Assembly: GCA_030426295.1 (NCBI GenBank)
Contig: JAUHYY010000001.1
Span: 1 to 46,060 of the forward strand
From: a bacterium
GTDB lineage: Bacteria > Patescibacteriota > Gracilibacteria > UBA1369 > GCA-2718715
Direction: 5' to 3'
Length of the DNA stretch: 46,060 bases
Shown: positions 30,878 through 40,064 of the stretch, piece after piece
How the letters are laid out: the number at the start of each line of letters is the position of its first letter
How positions within the stretch are numbered: the first letter of the stretch is position 1
The notes under the pieces: model-generated
What the model was told of the DNA's origin: nothing
What the model saw: the letters and a program-made list of their open reading frames with translations, nothing else
Database searches by the model: none
Position numbers and translations under genes: made by a program

Positions 30878-33367
30878 GTGAAATTAGTAATAGTCGAATC
30901 CCCTGCGAAAGCGAAAACGATAAATAAATATCTTGGAAAAGATTATGTCGTTGAGTCGAGTATTGGGCATATTAGAGATCTTCCACAAAGTGCAGCTGAT
31001 ATTCCTGATAAGGTTAAAGATCAGAAATGGACTCGGCTTGGAGTAAATGTTGAAGAAGGTTTTGAACCGCTTTATGTTGTTCCGACTGATAAGAAGAAAC
31101 AGATTAAAAAATTGAAAGATTTGCTTAAAAAGGCTGATGAACTTTATCTCGCAACGGATGAGGATAGAGAAGGAGAAGCGATTAGTTGGCATTTATTAGA
31201 AGTGCTTAAGCCAAAGGTTCCTGTTAAGAGATTGGCTTTTCATGAAATTACAAAAGACGCAATTGTGAAGGCTATAGATAATCCAAGGGAAGTTGATATG
31301 GATCTTGTGAATGCTCAAGAAACTAGAAGAGTTTTAGATAGACTTTATGGTTATGAGGTGTCACCTATCTTATGGAGAAAGATTGCGCCGAAGCTTTCGG
31401 CTGGTCGTGTGCAAAGTGTTGCATTAAGAATTATTGTTGAGAGAGAAAGAGCGAGAATGCGATTTGTTGCTGCTGAATATTGTAGTGTTGTTGCTACTTT
31501 TGTAACTGATGAGGGGGAAGAGTTTGAGGCGACTTTGAAGATGGTAGGTGATCAAAAGTTGGCGATTGGTAAGGATTTTGATCCTGATACTGGTGAGATT
31601 ACAAATAAAGAAGTGCTGCGACTTTTGAAGAAGGATTGTGAAGATTTGATTAAGAAATTTGAGAAGTCTGACTGGACTATTGAGTCTGTTGAAAAGAAAC
31701 CAGTTAAGTCTTCGCCTTATGCTCCGTTTATTACGAGTACTTTGCAGCAAGAAGCCAATAGAAAACTTGGTATGTCTTCTCGAGATACAATGAGTGCTGC
31801 GCAAAAGCTTTATGAAAATGGTTACATTACATATATGAGAACGGATTCGATTTCGTTGTCTACTCAAGCGATTGAAGCTGCGCGATCTATTATTAAGAAA
31901 GAGTATGGGGAAGAGTATCTTCCAAAGGAGGCGAGAGTGTTCAAGTCAAAAGTAAAGAATGCGCAAGAAGCGCATGAAGCCATTAGACCTGCGGGGAATA
32001 GTTTCCAGACTCCTGATGAAGTTGCTGGGAATGTTACTCCTGAGCAAGCTAAGCTATATGATTTGATCTATAAGAGAACGATTGCTTCTCAGATGGAGGA
32101 TGCGCGAATGCAAATGACAGTAATTAAGATTGTAGATGGAAACGCAATGTTCCAGGCTAATGGGCGAGTGATTGAGTTCCCTGGATATTTGAAAGCTTAT
32201 AAAGAGGATCTTGATAAACAGACTTCTGGTGAAGATAATATTTTGCCTGATGTAAGTGAAGGAGATAAAGTTGATATGAAAGATGGTCAAATTGGTGAGC
32301 ACATGACTAAGCCACCTGCTCGTTATACTGAAGCATCGCTTGTTAAAGAGCTTGAAGCTCGTGGTGTAGGTAGACCGAGTACGTATGCATCTATTATTGA
32401 TACTATTCAGAGAAGAAAATATGTTTATAAAAAAGGTAAGGCCCTTGTTCCGACTTTTGTGGCTTTTGCCGTGATTAGTTTGATGGAAAAACATTTCAGC
32501 CACTTAGTTGATATGGAATTTACGGCTGAGCTTGAAGAAGATCTTGATGCGATTTCACGTGGTGAAGAAGATCGGCTTAAGTATTTGAAGTGTTTCTATT
32601 TTGGAGACAAAAAGCATACTGGGTTGGTTGATTTAATTAAGGCTGATATTGATGCACGAGAAGTTTGTACTATTCCTGTTCCAAGAATAAAGATGGATGT
32701 ACGAGTTGGAAGATATGGTCCATTTGTTGAGAAGGGAGAAGAGACTGCGTCTTTACCTGCTGATGTTGCACCAGATGAGCTTACAGAAGAAATGGTTGTC
32801 GAGCTCTTGAAGAGTTCAGCTAAAAAAGATGAGCCGCTTGGAGTTGATTCTGAGAGTGGTAAGCCGGTGTTTGTTAAGGTAGGTAGGTTTGGTCCTTATG
32901 TTCAGCTTGGTGAAGCTGGTGGTGAAGAAAAACCAAAGATGAAAGGGCTTCCACCTGGAGTTCAGGTTGAAGATGTTGATTTTGAGAAAGCTGTAGCAAT
33001 TGTTTCATTCCCTAAAGTGATTGGTAAGTTCAATGATGAAGATATTGTTGCTGATATTGGGCGGTATGGTCCTTATGTTAAGGCTGGTTCTGAAACTCGA
33101 AGTCTTGGTGAATTAGATATTTTGAAGCTTACTGAAGATGATGCAGTTAAACTTCTTAAAGAAGAGAAAAAAGGACGAGGTCGAAGAGCTGCAAAACCAC
33201 CTTTGAAAACTTTCAAAGAAGATGAAACTATCACAGTTAAGACAGGTCGGTATGGTCCTTATGTTAATCAAGGTAAGGTAAATGTGTCTGTGCCAAAAGA
33301 CATCAAACCTGAGGATCTTACTTATGAAGATGCTAAAAAGATGATTGAGGAGAAGAAGGGGAGTTAA
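30878..33367 (+). CDS. topA: DNA topoisomerase I with a Zn-free repeat-type C-terminal domain; GTG start
   Basis: VKLVIVESPAKAKTINKYLG (Toprim), YITYMRTDS (active-site Tyr). Four C-terminal G(R)YGP(Y/F)V repeats without Cys4 zinc ribbons. Confidence 0.95.
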   Translation: MKLVIVESPAKAKTINKYLGKDYVVESSIGHIRDLPQSAADIPDKVKDQKWTRLGVNVEEGFEPLYVVPTDKKKQIKKLKDLLKKADELYLATDEDREGEAISWHLLEVLKPKVPVKRLAFHEITKDAIVKAIDNPREVDMDLVNAQETRRVLDRLYGYEVSPILWRKIAPKLSAGRVQSVALRIIVERERARMRFVAAEYCSVVATFVTDEGEEFEATLKMVGDQKLAIGKDFDPDTGEITNKEVLRLLKKDCEDLIKKFEKSDWTIESVEKKPVKSSPYAPFITSTLQQEANRKLGMSSRDTMSAAQKLYENGYITYMRTDSISLSTQAIEAARSIIKKEYGEEYLPKEARVFKSKVKNAQEAHEAIRPAGNSFQTPDEVAGNVTPEQAKLYDLIYKRTIASQMEDARMQMTVIKIVDGNAMFQANGRVIEFPGYLKAYKEDLDKQTSGEDNILPDVSEGDKVDMKDGQIGEHMTKPPARYTEASLVKELEARGVGRPSTYASIIDTIQRRKYVYKKGKALVPTFVAFAVISLMEKHFSHLVDMEFTAELEEDLDAISRGEEDRLKYLKCFYFGDKKHTGLVDLIKADIDAREVCTIPVPRIKMDVRVGRYGPFVEKGEETASLPADVAPDELTEEMVVELLKSSAKKDEPLGVDSESGKPVFVKVGRFGPYVQLGEAGGEEKPKMKGLPPGVQVEDVDFEKAVAIVSFPKVIGKFNDEDIVADIGRYGPYVKAGSETRSLGELDILKLTEDDAVKLLKEEKKGRGRRAAKPPLKTFKEDETITVKTGRYGPYVNQGKVNVSVPKDIKPEDLTYEDAKKMIEEKKGS

Positions 33368-33398
33368 TAGATAATGGATAATAGCTGATAGCTGGTGA
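33364..33398. repeat. Period-7 tandem repeat (ttaatag ataatgg ataatag ctgatag ctggtga) spanning the topA stop and the next gene's start
   Basis: Five heptads; topA TAA at 33365-33367; next ORF's GTG at 33395. Confidence 0.65.
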
Positions 33399-34180
33399 AT
33401 TTTATGTTCGAACTACAGTTAGTCATATCGTTTTTAGTTGGTGGTCTGCTTATTTCTTTGCAGAGTTTGATTGCTGAGAGGGTTCCATCTAAATGGAAGG
33501 GTGTTGTTTTGACTGTTCCGACTACAATGGCGATTGGGTTCTTTTTTACTGGTTTGGTTAAGAGTCCGGCTGATATTAGCGAGATTGCGATTGCTGTGCC
33601 GGCTACCTTGGCAGTGACTTATGTTTTTATTGCTTCGATGGCTTTGCTTGCTAAGTATGGTTTGGTAGTTAGTTTGTTGGTTTCGAATTTGATTTGGTTT
33701 TTAGGGGCTTACATTCTTATAGTTGCTGGTGATTTGAGTCTTGAGTTGTCGCTTGGAATTTTCTTGGTTTTGATTACGGGGAGTTATTTAGTTATTGATA
33801 ATGAAGATAAGCCTTTGAAGAGTTTTCCTATGATTTTTAGTAATGTGGCAGTTAGGGCTTTGTTTGCTGGCGTTATTGTTGTTGGAGTTGTTTATCTATC
33901 GAAGACTTTAGGGAATATTTGGGGAGCTTTAATGGCTGTGTTCCCTGCTTCTATGACTTCTACTTTATTGATCTATTTTAAAACTCAAGGAAGCGAAGTG
34001 ATTCCTTTTGTTAGTAGGTCTATGTTTTTTCCAGGGAGTATTGGCTTTGTGCTTTATGCTTTAGTTGCTGGTTGGAGTTTCCCGATAGTTGGGATTTGGT
34101 GGGGGACTTTGGTTTCTTATTTATCTGTGTTTGTGTTTTTTGGAGTTTGGAAATTTGAGCTTCGGCGCCGAAGCTCTTGA
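33395..34180 (+). CDS. Polytopic membrane protein of unknown function
   Basis: About 8 hydrophobic segments. Start is GTG 33395 or ATG 33404. The last 8 codons (ELRRRSS*) and the TGA stop are supplied by the GC-rich palindromic element. Confidence 0.55.
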   Translation: MNFMFELQLVISFLVGGLLISLQSLIAERVPSKWKGVVLTVPTTMAIGFFFTGLVKSPADISEIAIAVPATLAVTYVFIASMALLAKYGLVVSLLVSNLIWFLGAYILIVAGDLSLELSLGIFLVLITGSYLVIDNEDKPLKSFPMIFSNVAVRALFAGVIVVGVVYLSKTLGNIWGALMAVFPASMTSTLLIYFKTQGSEVIPFVSRSMFFPGSIGFVLYALVAGWSFPIVGIWWGTLVSYLSVFVFFGVWKFELRRRSS

Positions 34181-34182
34181 CG
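34157..34182. repeat. GC-rich palindromic element, copy 2 (gagcttcggcgccgaagctc + ttgacg)
   Basis: Perfect 20-nt palindrome at 34157-34176. The core at 34159-34182 matches 4377-4400 at 23/24 positions. Confidence 0.7.
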
Positions 34183-34200
34183 CGAGGATTGATTATGAAA

Positions 34201-34220
34201 ATCCGTCGTGCACGACGGAT
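34201..34220 (-). terminator. Perfect 20-nt palindrome (atccgtcgtgcacgacggat), probable terminator of the small minus-strand ORF
   Basis: Lies 4 nt downstream of the small ORF's stop and is followed by TTT on the minus strand. Confidence 0.5.
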
Positions 34221-34224
34221 TGAG

Positions 34225-34362
34225 TTATGAGTTTTTCCCAAATAAAGTCCAGAGTCCGAGAGTTCCGGCTAGGATTCCGACTACGATGTTGGCGTATTCA
34301 CTGATTGGCCAGATGAGTAATATAGCGCTTGCGATTAGTGTGAAAGAGGTCCAGTATTTCAT
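34225..34362 (-). CDS. Unannotated 45-aa two-TM small membrane protein
   Basis: My own translation of the minus strand: MKYWTSFTLIASAILLIWPISEYANIVVGILAGTLGLWTLFGKNS*. It is below the track's size cutoff and is followed by a hairpin. Confidence 0.45.
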   Translation of the reverse strand: MKYWTSFTLIASAILLIWPISEYANIVVGILAGTLGLWTLFGKNS

Positions 34363-34390
34363 AAATAAAGTTAGGTGTGACTTTATTATA

Positions 34391-34399
34391 TGCTAAAAT
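34391..34399 (+). promoter_or_regulatory. Extended -10 (TGcTAAAAT) placed to give a leaderless murJ mRNA
   Basis: TAAAAT at 34394-34399. The A of ATG 34406 is the 7th nt after the -10 element. Confidence 0.4.
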
Positions 34400-34405
34400 C
34401 CGTGC

Positions 34406-35962
34406 ATGAAAAAAAGAATCTTTTCAAAGTTATTTAGGCCGATTTCGAGTGGAACTGCTTCGGTGATAATTGCGTTTGCGACTGTGCTTAGTTACACCGC
34501 TGGGTTGCTTCGAGATATTTTGATGTCGAATTATTTTGGGGCTAGTCAGCTTACTGATGCATATAACGCTGCGTTTTTGGTTCCTGATATGGTTTACACA
34601 TTAACTACTGCAGGGGCTTTGTCGGGTATTTTTTTGCCTGTGTTTAGGAATCGAGAAAAGAAGAACAAGGATGATGCTGCTGAGCTTGCTGGATCGTTTT
34701 TTATATTAGGTCAGCTTTTGGTTTTGGTTGTTGCTGTGGTTGCATTTATTGCAATGCCTTGGATTGTTGAAGGATTTATTGCGAAGGCTAGTAATGATCA
34801 GACTCAATTGATAATAAATATGTCGCGAATATTGTTGGTATCTCCGATTGTAATGAGTATTAGTAATACTCTTGGAACTGTTTTGATTACGTTCAAACAC
34901 TACTTGGCTTATGCCCTTTCAGCTGCGTTTTATAATGTAGGTATTATCGCTGGTATTTATTTCTTTAATGGCGAGTTTGGAATTTATTCGGCAGTAATTG
35001 GTGTTTTGATTGGGCTTGGGTTCCATTTGGTAATTCGTGTATTTGATTTTGCTTTCTTAGATTTCAGTTTCAAGTTTAGGTTTTGGAATCCTGGTATTAA
35101 AAAGGTTGCGAGTCTTGCTATGCCGAAGACGCTGGGGCTGCTGGTGTGGCAGGTGAGTTTGTGGGCATATAATAATATTGGGCTTACAGTTTTGAGTGCT
35201 GGTAGTATTTCTGCGTTTTATTATGCACGGAACATTCAGAGTTTTGCAGTTTCGTTGTTTGGGATTTCTGTTGCGACGGCGGTGTTCCCTTTTATTGTAG
35301 ACTTTAAAGAGGATGGCAAGATTCCAGAGCTTATTCAAAAGATTGAGAGTACTTTATTGCAGATATTTTTCTTTGCTGTTCCGGCTGCAGTTGGAATGGG
35401 TTTACTCAGTAATGAGATTATTACCGTTCTTTTGAAACGTGGAGAATTTGATGAGAGGGATGTTGTCTTGACGGCAGGGGTTCTGTTCTTTTTTGCGTTT
35501 TCTATCCCATTTGAGAGCGCTATGCATCTTCTGTCACGTGTTTACTATGCGTTTCATAATACAATTATTCCGGTGAGCATAAATATGGTTTTCTTATTTA
35601 TTAATTTGACTATGAGTTTTACGTTGGCGGTGAAGTATGGAGTTAATATTTTTGCGATTTCATTTGTAACTGCAAGTTTGGTGCAGGTTTTCTTGTTGTT
35701 TGCTTTCATTGGTAATTTCGTGGATTTGCATTTTAGATTTTTGATTAATCGGACTTTGAGAATTGTATTTGGGAGCGCTGTTATGGGGACCGTAGTTTAT
35801 TTGATTAGAGATTTTAGTGGCTTTGGTGTTTGGTTTACAACAGGTTTGAGCGTTATGGTTGGTGTGATAGTATACTTTATCGTTATGCATTTTTTGGATA
35901 TGCTTAGGTACGCTGGATTGAAACGAATTGGAATAAGTTTTAAGTCTTTGTTTAGAAAATAA
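34406..35962 (+). CDS. murJ: Lipid II flippase MurJ
   Basis: GLLRDILMSNYFGASQLTDAYNAAFLVPDMVYTL is the hallmark MurJ/MviN N-terminus. 518 aa, polytopic. Confidence 0.9.
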   Translation: MKKRIFSKLFRPISSGTASVIIAFATVLSYTAGLLRDILMSNYFGASQLTDAYNAAFLVPDMVYTLTTAGALSGIFLPVFRNREKKNKDDAAELAGSFFILGQLLVLVVAVVAFIAMPWIVEGFIAKASNDQTQLIINMSRILLVSPIVMSISNTLGTVLITFKHYLAYALSAAFYNVGIIAGIYFFNGEFGIYSAVIGVLIGLGFHLVIRVFDFAFLDFSFKFRFWNPGIKKVASLAMPKTLGLLVWQVSLWAYNNIGLTVLSAGSISAFYYARNIQSFAVSLFGISVATAVFPFIVDFKEDGKIPELIQKIESTLLQIFFFAVPAAVGMGLLSNEIITVLLKRGEFDERDVVLTAGVLFFFAFSIPFESAMHLLSRVYYAFHNTIIPVSINMVFLFINLTMSFTLAVKYGVNIFAISFVTASLVQVFLLFAFIGNFVDLHFRFLINRTLRIVFGSAVMGTVVYLIRDFSGFGVWFTTGLSVMVGVIVYFIVMHFLDMLRYAGLKRIGISFKSLFRK

Positions 35963-35963
35963 T

Positions 35964-36506
35964 ATGTGGATAGGTAGATTTATTGGGTTACTAGTAGTTG
36001 TGTTTTTTGTTGTTGCTGTTGTTTTAAATATTGCTTCTTTGTCTGGAGCTGATGAATTTGTAGAAAGTTTTGGAGATGAAGAAAAAGAAGAAGTGCTCGA
36101 AACTGTGAAGCAGCCACCTGCGTATTTTGCCTCTGAAAACCAAGTTGCTGTTACTGCTGCTGGGGATTTTCCAACGGATTATTTTATTGAGGATTATGAT
36201 GGCGGGTTTTCTAAAGTAATAACTGCTCCATCTGTTGAAGCTATTAAGTATCAGGTTTCGCAGGGGAATATCGTTATTGGTTATTTGGATACATCTATTT
36301 TGAATAATCCTTATTATGATTCTGACTTTAAAGTATTTGTTTCAGTAATCGGTTACTCAGATACGCATTTTGTTACGAGTGAGTCTGGTATAAGAAATGG
36401 CAATGGGTTTGTATATTTGATTTCGGATTTTATGAAAGCTTTGCAGGCGAGTGGTGACCAGGTTGTAGCTGTTAGGTATCCTCTTGATCCTGCGGTTGAA
36501 GAATAA
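35964..36506 (+). CDS. Membrane-anchored hypothetical protein (N-terminal TM, extracytoplasmic domain, no Cys)
   Basis: IGLLVVVFFVVAVVLNIASL TM segment. Starts 1 nt after the murJ stop. Confidence 0.5.
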   Translation: MWIGRFIGLLVVVFFVVAVVLNIASLSGADEFVESFGDEEKEEVLETVKQPPAYFASENQVAVTAAGDFPTDYFIEDYDGGFSKVITAPSVEAIKYQVSQGNIVIGYLDTSILNNPYYDSDFKVFVSVIGYSDTHFVTSESGIRNGNGFVYLISDFMKALQASGDQVVAVRYPLDPAVEE

Positions 36507-36507
36507 T

Positions 36508-36535
36508 TTGACATATTCGTCTCGACCATTATTAT
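36508..36535 (+). promoter_or_regulatory. Sigma-70-type promoter (TTGACA-16-TATTAT)
   Basis: TTGACA at 36508-36513, 1 nt after the TAA stop; TATTAT at 36530-36535; ATG at 36561. Confidence 0.55.
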
Positions 36536-36560
36536 GTTGGCCTTAATTTAAATAGAAAAA

Positions 36561-37334
36561 ATGAATAATGGTCCTAGTTCAGCTCCTTCTAACGATCTAC
36601 CAGATCTTTCTGCTATTAATCTTAGTTTAGCAGCAGGTGTTCCAAGAACTTTAGAAGAGCTTATAGATTTATACGCTGAAAAATTAGCTAAAAGGTTAAA
36701 GGCGTCATTTGAAAGTATGCAATCAGGCTTTACAGCTCATAATGATGATATTGGTTATTTACCGATTAGACTGCATCCAGATTTTGGTTTGGTTGAAGAC
36801 GATGATGAGCAGACTATGGAGGCTTTTTTGGTGGATGTTGTTAGAAGAATTGATGATGCCAATAGTATTTCTGCCGCTTACTATGTTGATAAAGATGAAG
36901 CGCATAGAAATTTAGTGCTTAGATTTGAATTAGATGGTAATTATTATTATTTATGTAATATTAATCCAAAGGGAGATAAAAACGATTTATTTTTAGCTAC
37001 TTCTGCTAAGGAAAGGAAGGATTCAGAAGATGTTATTGATTCTTTAGATTATGAATCTGATACAGGCACTGAAGTTGCGCAATTAAGAAATGCTAAAAGA
37101 AAAATTGATGAAAGAGATGCTACTATATTAAAATGGAAAATGATTTCTGCAGGTGTAGGTTTAGCTTTAATTGCTGCTCTTGGTCATGACTTATTTGAAG
37201 GGCGAGGTTCATCATCTCTAGAAGAAGGTGAAGGATCTGGTGAAGTTGCAGATGATGTGGTTCCTGTTGAAGCTTCTGCAGATGATTTTGATCCAACAGT
37301 TATAGTTGGTCAAGATGGTAATGTTATTAATTAG
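36561..37334 (+). CDS. Acidic orphan protein with a single TM segment near the C-terminus
   Basis: MISAGVGLALIAALGHDLF TM, followed by the acidic tail EEGEGSGEVADDVVPVEASADDFD. Confidence 0.5.
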   Translation: MNNGPSSAPSNDLPDLSAINLSLAAGVPRTLEELIDLYAEKLAKRLKASFESMQSGFTAHNDDIGYLPIRLHPDFGLVEDDDEQTMEAFLVDVVRRIDDANSISAAYYVDKDEAHRNLVLRFELDGNYYYLCNINPKGDKNDLFLATSAKERKDSEDVIDSLDYESDTGTEVAQLRNAKRKIDERDATILKWKMISAGVGLALIAALGHDLFEGRGSSSLEEGEGSGEVADDVVPVEASADDFDPTVIVGQDGNVIN

Positions 37335-37339
37335 TAGTT

Positions 37340-38104
37340 ATGGCTAGGAGATCTATAGATCAAAGAAATAGACATTTTACTCCTCCAAAAAGAAAAGGCC
37401 TTAGAAAAGGTGTTGGCATTGCTGTAGTTGCAATTGTTGGTGTTCTTGGTTATGCAGTTGTTGACCAGGTAAATAGAATTCTTGATGAAGTCGAGTGTGG
37501 AAATGTTGAAGATCCAAGTCTCCTTGATAAGTTCGGATGTTTAATTGATAGGCAGATTGCGGAAGATAATGGTTTGCCTATTGTTGAGCCTGCTTCTGAC
37601 GAAGATATAGCTGGTAATCTTGAACCTGCTGCAGATTCTATTCCTGACGAAGAGGATGTTGCGCAAGATCTTGATTTTGTTTTGCCTCCTGAAGAAGATT
37701 TAGGTGGAGATGATGGTGTTCGAGTTCTAGATAGAGAGTATCAAGGTAGAAGAACTATGAGGCAATTAGGGCGGGAAGCAGAAGAATTACCGCAAAGACA
37801 AGAAGATGGTTCATTGCTGATTCAACGAGAAACTGGTCGTGGAATTGGAGGCGTGCCTGAAAGGCAAGGTCTTATTGCAAGAATTCGAAATAATAGAGTA
37901 GTAAGACAACAACGCCGATCACTAGAAGATTCCCCAGATGGTTTGGGTGGGTTAGTTGGTGAAGATCTTGAAGGATCTGGTGTTAGAAGTGTAGAAAGAG
38001 ATGAACCTAATTTAGGTAACATGACTCCTGAACAAAGAGAGGCTTATGATCTTATCATTGAGACTCGTGCGAGATTGGCTGTTGAAGAAGCGGCTAATCA
38101 ATAG
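37340..38104 (+). CDS. Orphan protein with an N-terminal TM anchor and an acidic/Arg-rich disordered region
   Basis: GVGIAVVAIVGVLGYAVV TM after a basic N-terminus. 3' end overlaps convergent pheA by 11 nt. Confidence 0.5.
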   Translation: MARRSIDQRNRHFTPPKRKGLRKGVGIAVVAIVGVLGYAVVDQVNRILDEVECGNVEDPSLLDKFGCLIDRQIAEDNGLPIVEPASDEDIAGNLEPAADSIPDEEDVAQDLDFVLPPEEDLGGDDGVRVLDREYQGRRTMRQLGREAEELPQRQEDGSLLIQRETGRGIGGVPERQGLIARIRNNRVVRQQRRSLEDSPDGLGGLVGEDLEGSGVRSVERDEPNLGNMTPEQREAYDLIIETRARLAVEEAANQ

Positions 38105-38894
38105 CTTTGCCGCCAAGGACTTTGATGTCGCAGATTTTCAAATCTTTTTCTAGGTAGGTGAATGTTTTTCGGACTTTGGCTTGTTTTGGGTCTCCTTCAA
38201 AATCGATGTAGAAAATGTAGTTATCTAGTTGTTCTTTTTGGGGTCTTGATTCGAGTTTTGTAAGGTTGATTTTGTTTTCTTGGAAAGGGTAGAGCATCTT
38301 TAAAAGTAGGCCTGGCTGATCTTGATTTGTAGGAGTTAAAGCGATTGATGTGATTTGGTAGTTTGCGCTGAATTGTTTTCCGATCACTGCAAATTTTGTG
38401 ATGTTACCTTGAAAGTCTTCGATATTTTCGTCGAGGATAGTGAGGTTGTATTTTTCTGCGGCGAACTTGCTTGATATGGCAGCGTACTGGCTGTACTCAG
38501 AGGCTTGGAGTGCGGCTTGGGCAGTTGATTTAGCACTTTGTGTTAGCTTTTTTTTGTAGTTTTTTTGTAGGTATTTTTTGCATTGTGCGAGTGCTTGTGG
38601 ATGAGAAGTTATGATCTCGAAATTTTTCGATTGAGCACAAAGGCAATGGTGAATTGGTAGATTAATGATGTCGATTATTTTTGCGTCTGTTTCATAAAGA
38701 AGGTCGAGTGTTTCGCGTACTGATCCTTCGATCATATTTTCGAGGGGGATTATTCCGTATGCGTTTCTCTTTTTGTTTACCATTGTGAAAACTTCAGAGA
38801 TTGAGTCTAAATATTTTATAGTGCTGTCTGAAAAGTATTCGAGGGCAATTTGGCTTGAATAAGTACCTTCCGGCCCAAGTGTGAATATGGCCAT
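38094..38894 (-). CDS. pheA: Prephenate dehydratase with C-terminal ACT domain
   Basis: LGPEGTYSSQIA, IPLENMIEGSV, SHPQALAQC, TKLESRP. Confidence 0.88.
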   Translation of the reverse strand: MAIFTLGPEGTYSSQIALEYFSDSTIKYLDSISEVFTMVNKKRNAYGIIPLENMIEGSVRETLDLLYETDAKIIDIINLPIHHCLCAQSKNFEIITSHPQALAQCKKYLQKNYKKKLTQSAKSTAQAALQASEYSQYAAISSKFAAEKYNLTILDENIEDFQGNITKFAVIGKQFSANYQITSIALTPTNQDQPGLLLKMLYPFQENKINLTKLESRPQKEQLDNYIFYIDFEGDPKQAKVRKTFTYLEKDLKICDIKVLGGKAID

Positions 38895-39199
38895 TATTTT
38901 AATTTTTTAGTGAAATATGATTCTTGCATGTCTTTTGACGATTCCACTACTAGATCGAATAGATCGTCTATGAATTCGGTATCATTCTTTTTTGCTTTGA
39001 AGATTTTCCTCCATTTTTTCCTCATTAGGACTTCTCTTTCTTCGTCTTCTACAGGGAAGTCGTAAATTACTTTTAGCTTTGCTAATTTTTGGATTATTAA
39101 AAATCTTTTTCTAAAAAGCTTAAGAATTTTTTTGTCTATAATGTCGAGTTTTTTTCTTATTCTAGTCAGTTCTGTGGGTATGCTTAAGTCTCTAGGCAT
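38894..39199 (-). CDS. Chorismate mutase (AroQ class)
   Basis: LTRIRKKLDIIDKKILKLFRKRFLIIQKLAKLK...EDEEREVL follows the AroQ helix pattern. TAATG overlap with pheA. Confidence 0.7.
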   Translation of the reverse strand: MPRDLSIPTELTRIRKKLDIIDKKILKLFRKRFLIIQKLAKLKVIYDFPVEDEEREVLMRKKWRKIFKAKKNDTEFIDDLFDLVVESSKDMQESYFTKKLK

Positions 39200-39253
39200 T
39201 TGTTTCTATTAGTTTTCTTTTATGTTACATTCTTTCCGATTTAAATTAAAGAC

Positions 39254-40033
39254 ATGCCAAAAAAATGCTGCGTTATAGGTCATCCTGTAGAGCATTCGTT
39301 GTCTCCGGCTATGCATAATGCTGCATATCGTGAGCTTGGTTTGGATTTTAAGTATGATGCTGTTGATGTTGCTCCAGCAGGGCTTGCTGATTTCATGAGG
39401 TTATTAAGAGCTGGTGAGTATTTGGGTGTGAGTGTCACTGTTCCGCATAAGCAGTCGGTTTTGGATTTTGCGAATGTTGTTAGCCCCCATGTGAAAGCGA
39501 TTGGAGCTGCAAATACTTTGTTTTGCGATGATGGGAAAATCGTAGCTGAGAATACTGATTGGTTTGGTGTGCATTGTGCGCTTGATGAAGTTATGGATTT
39601 GAAAGAAAAAAGGATCTTGGTTTACGGCGCAGGTGGTGCAGCAAGAGCTTGTTTGTATGCTCTGCGTAATGCTAAGGCAGAGCTGTTTATTACGAATAGA
39701 ACTATTTCTAAAGGGATGGCTTTGGCCAATGAGTTTGGGGCTCAATTTTGTGAAGTTTCTGAAATCCCTCAGGTTGATGTACTTGTGAATGCTACATCAG
39801 TTGGAATTGGTGGTGATGATAGGTTGCTTGTATGCCCAGATTGGCTCAAGTGTACCGAATATGTTTTTGATATGGTTTATACCGGAACAGTTCTTGAACA
39901 AGTTGCTAAAGATAACGGATGTAAAATTATCTCTGGTAAAAAGATGCTTCTTTATCAAGGAGCAAAGCAGTTTGAGTTGTTTACTCATCAAAGAGCGCCG
40001 CTTGAGGTTATGGCGCAGTCTGTTGGGTTATGA
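39254..40033 (+). CDS. aroE: Shikimate 5-dehydrogenase
   Basis: VIGHPVEHSLSPAMHNAAY, VTVPHKQSV, GAANTL, NTDWFG, GAGGAARA. Ends TGA TAA (tandem stops). Confidence 0.9.
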   Translation: MPKKCCVIGHPVEHSLSPAMHNAAYRELGLDFKYDAVDVAPAGLADFMRLLRAGEYLGVSVTVPHKQSVLDFANVVSPHVKAIGAANTLFCDDGKIVAENTDWFGVHCALDEVMDLKEKRILVYGAGGAARACLYALRNAKAELFITNRTISKGMALANEFGAQFCEVSEIPQVDVLVNATSVGIGGDDRLLVCPDWLKCTEYVFDMVYTGTVLEQVAKDNGCKIISGKKMLLYQGAKQFELFTHQRAPLEVMAQSVGL

Positions 40034-40064
40034 TAATTTAAGTCTGTTATTAATATAGAATTTT

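Noticed and set aside
34208-34396. 62-aa plus-strand ORF between the membrane protein gene and murJ
   Set aside because: It has no coding-like features and overlaps the murJ promoter. The minus-strand 45-codon two-TM ORF followed by a hairpin explains the region better.
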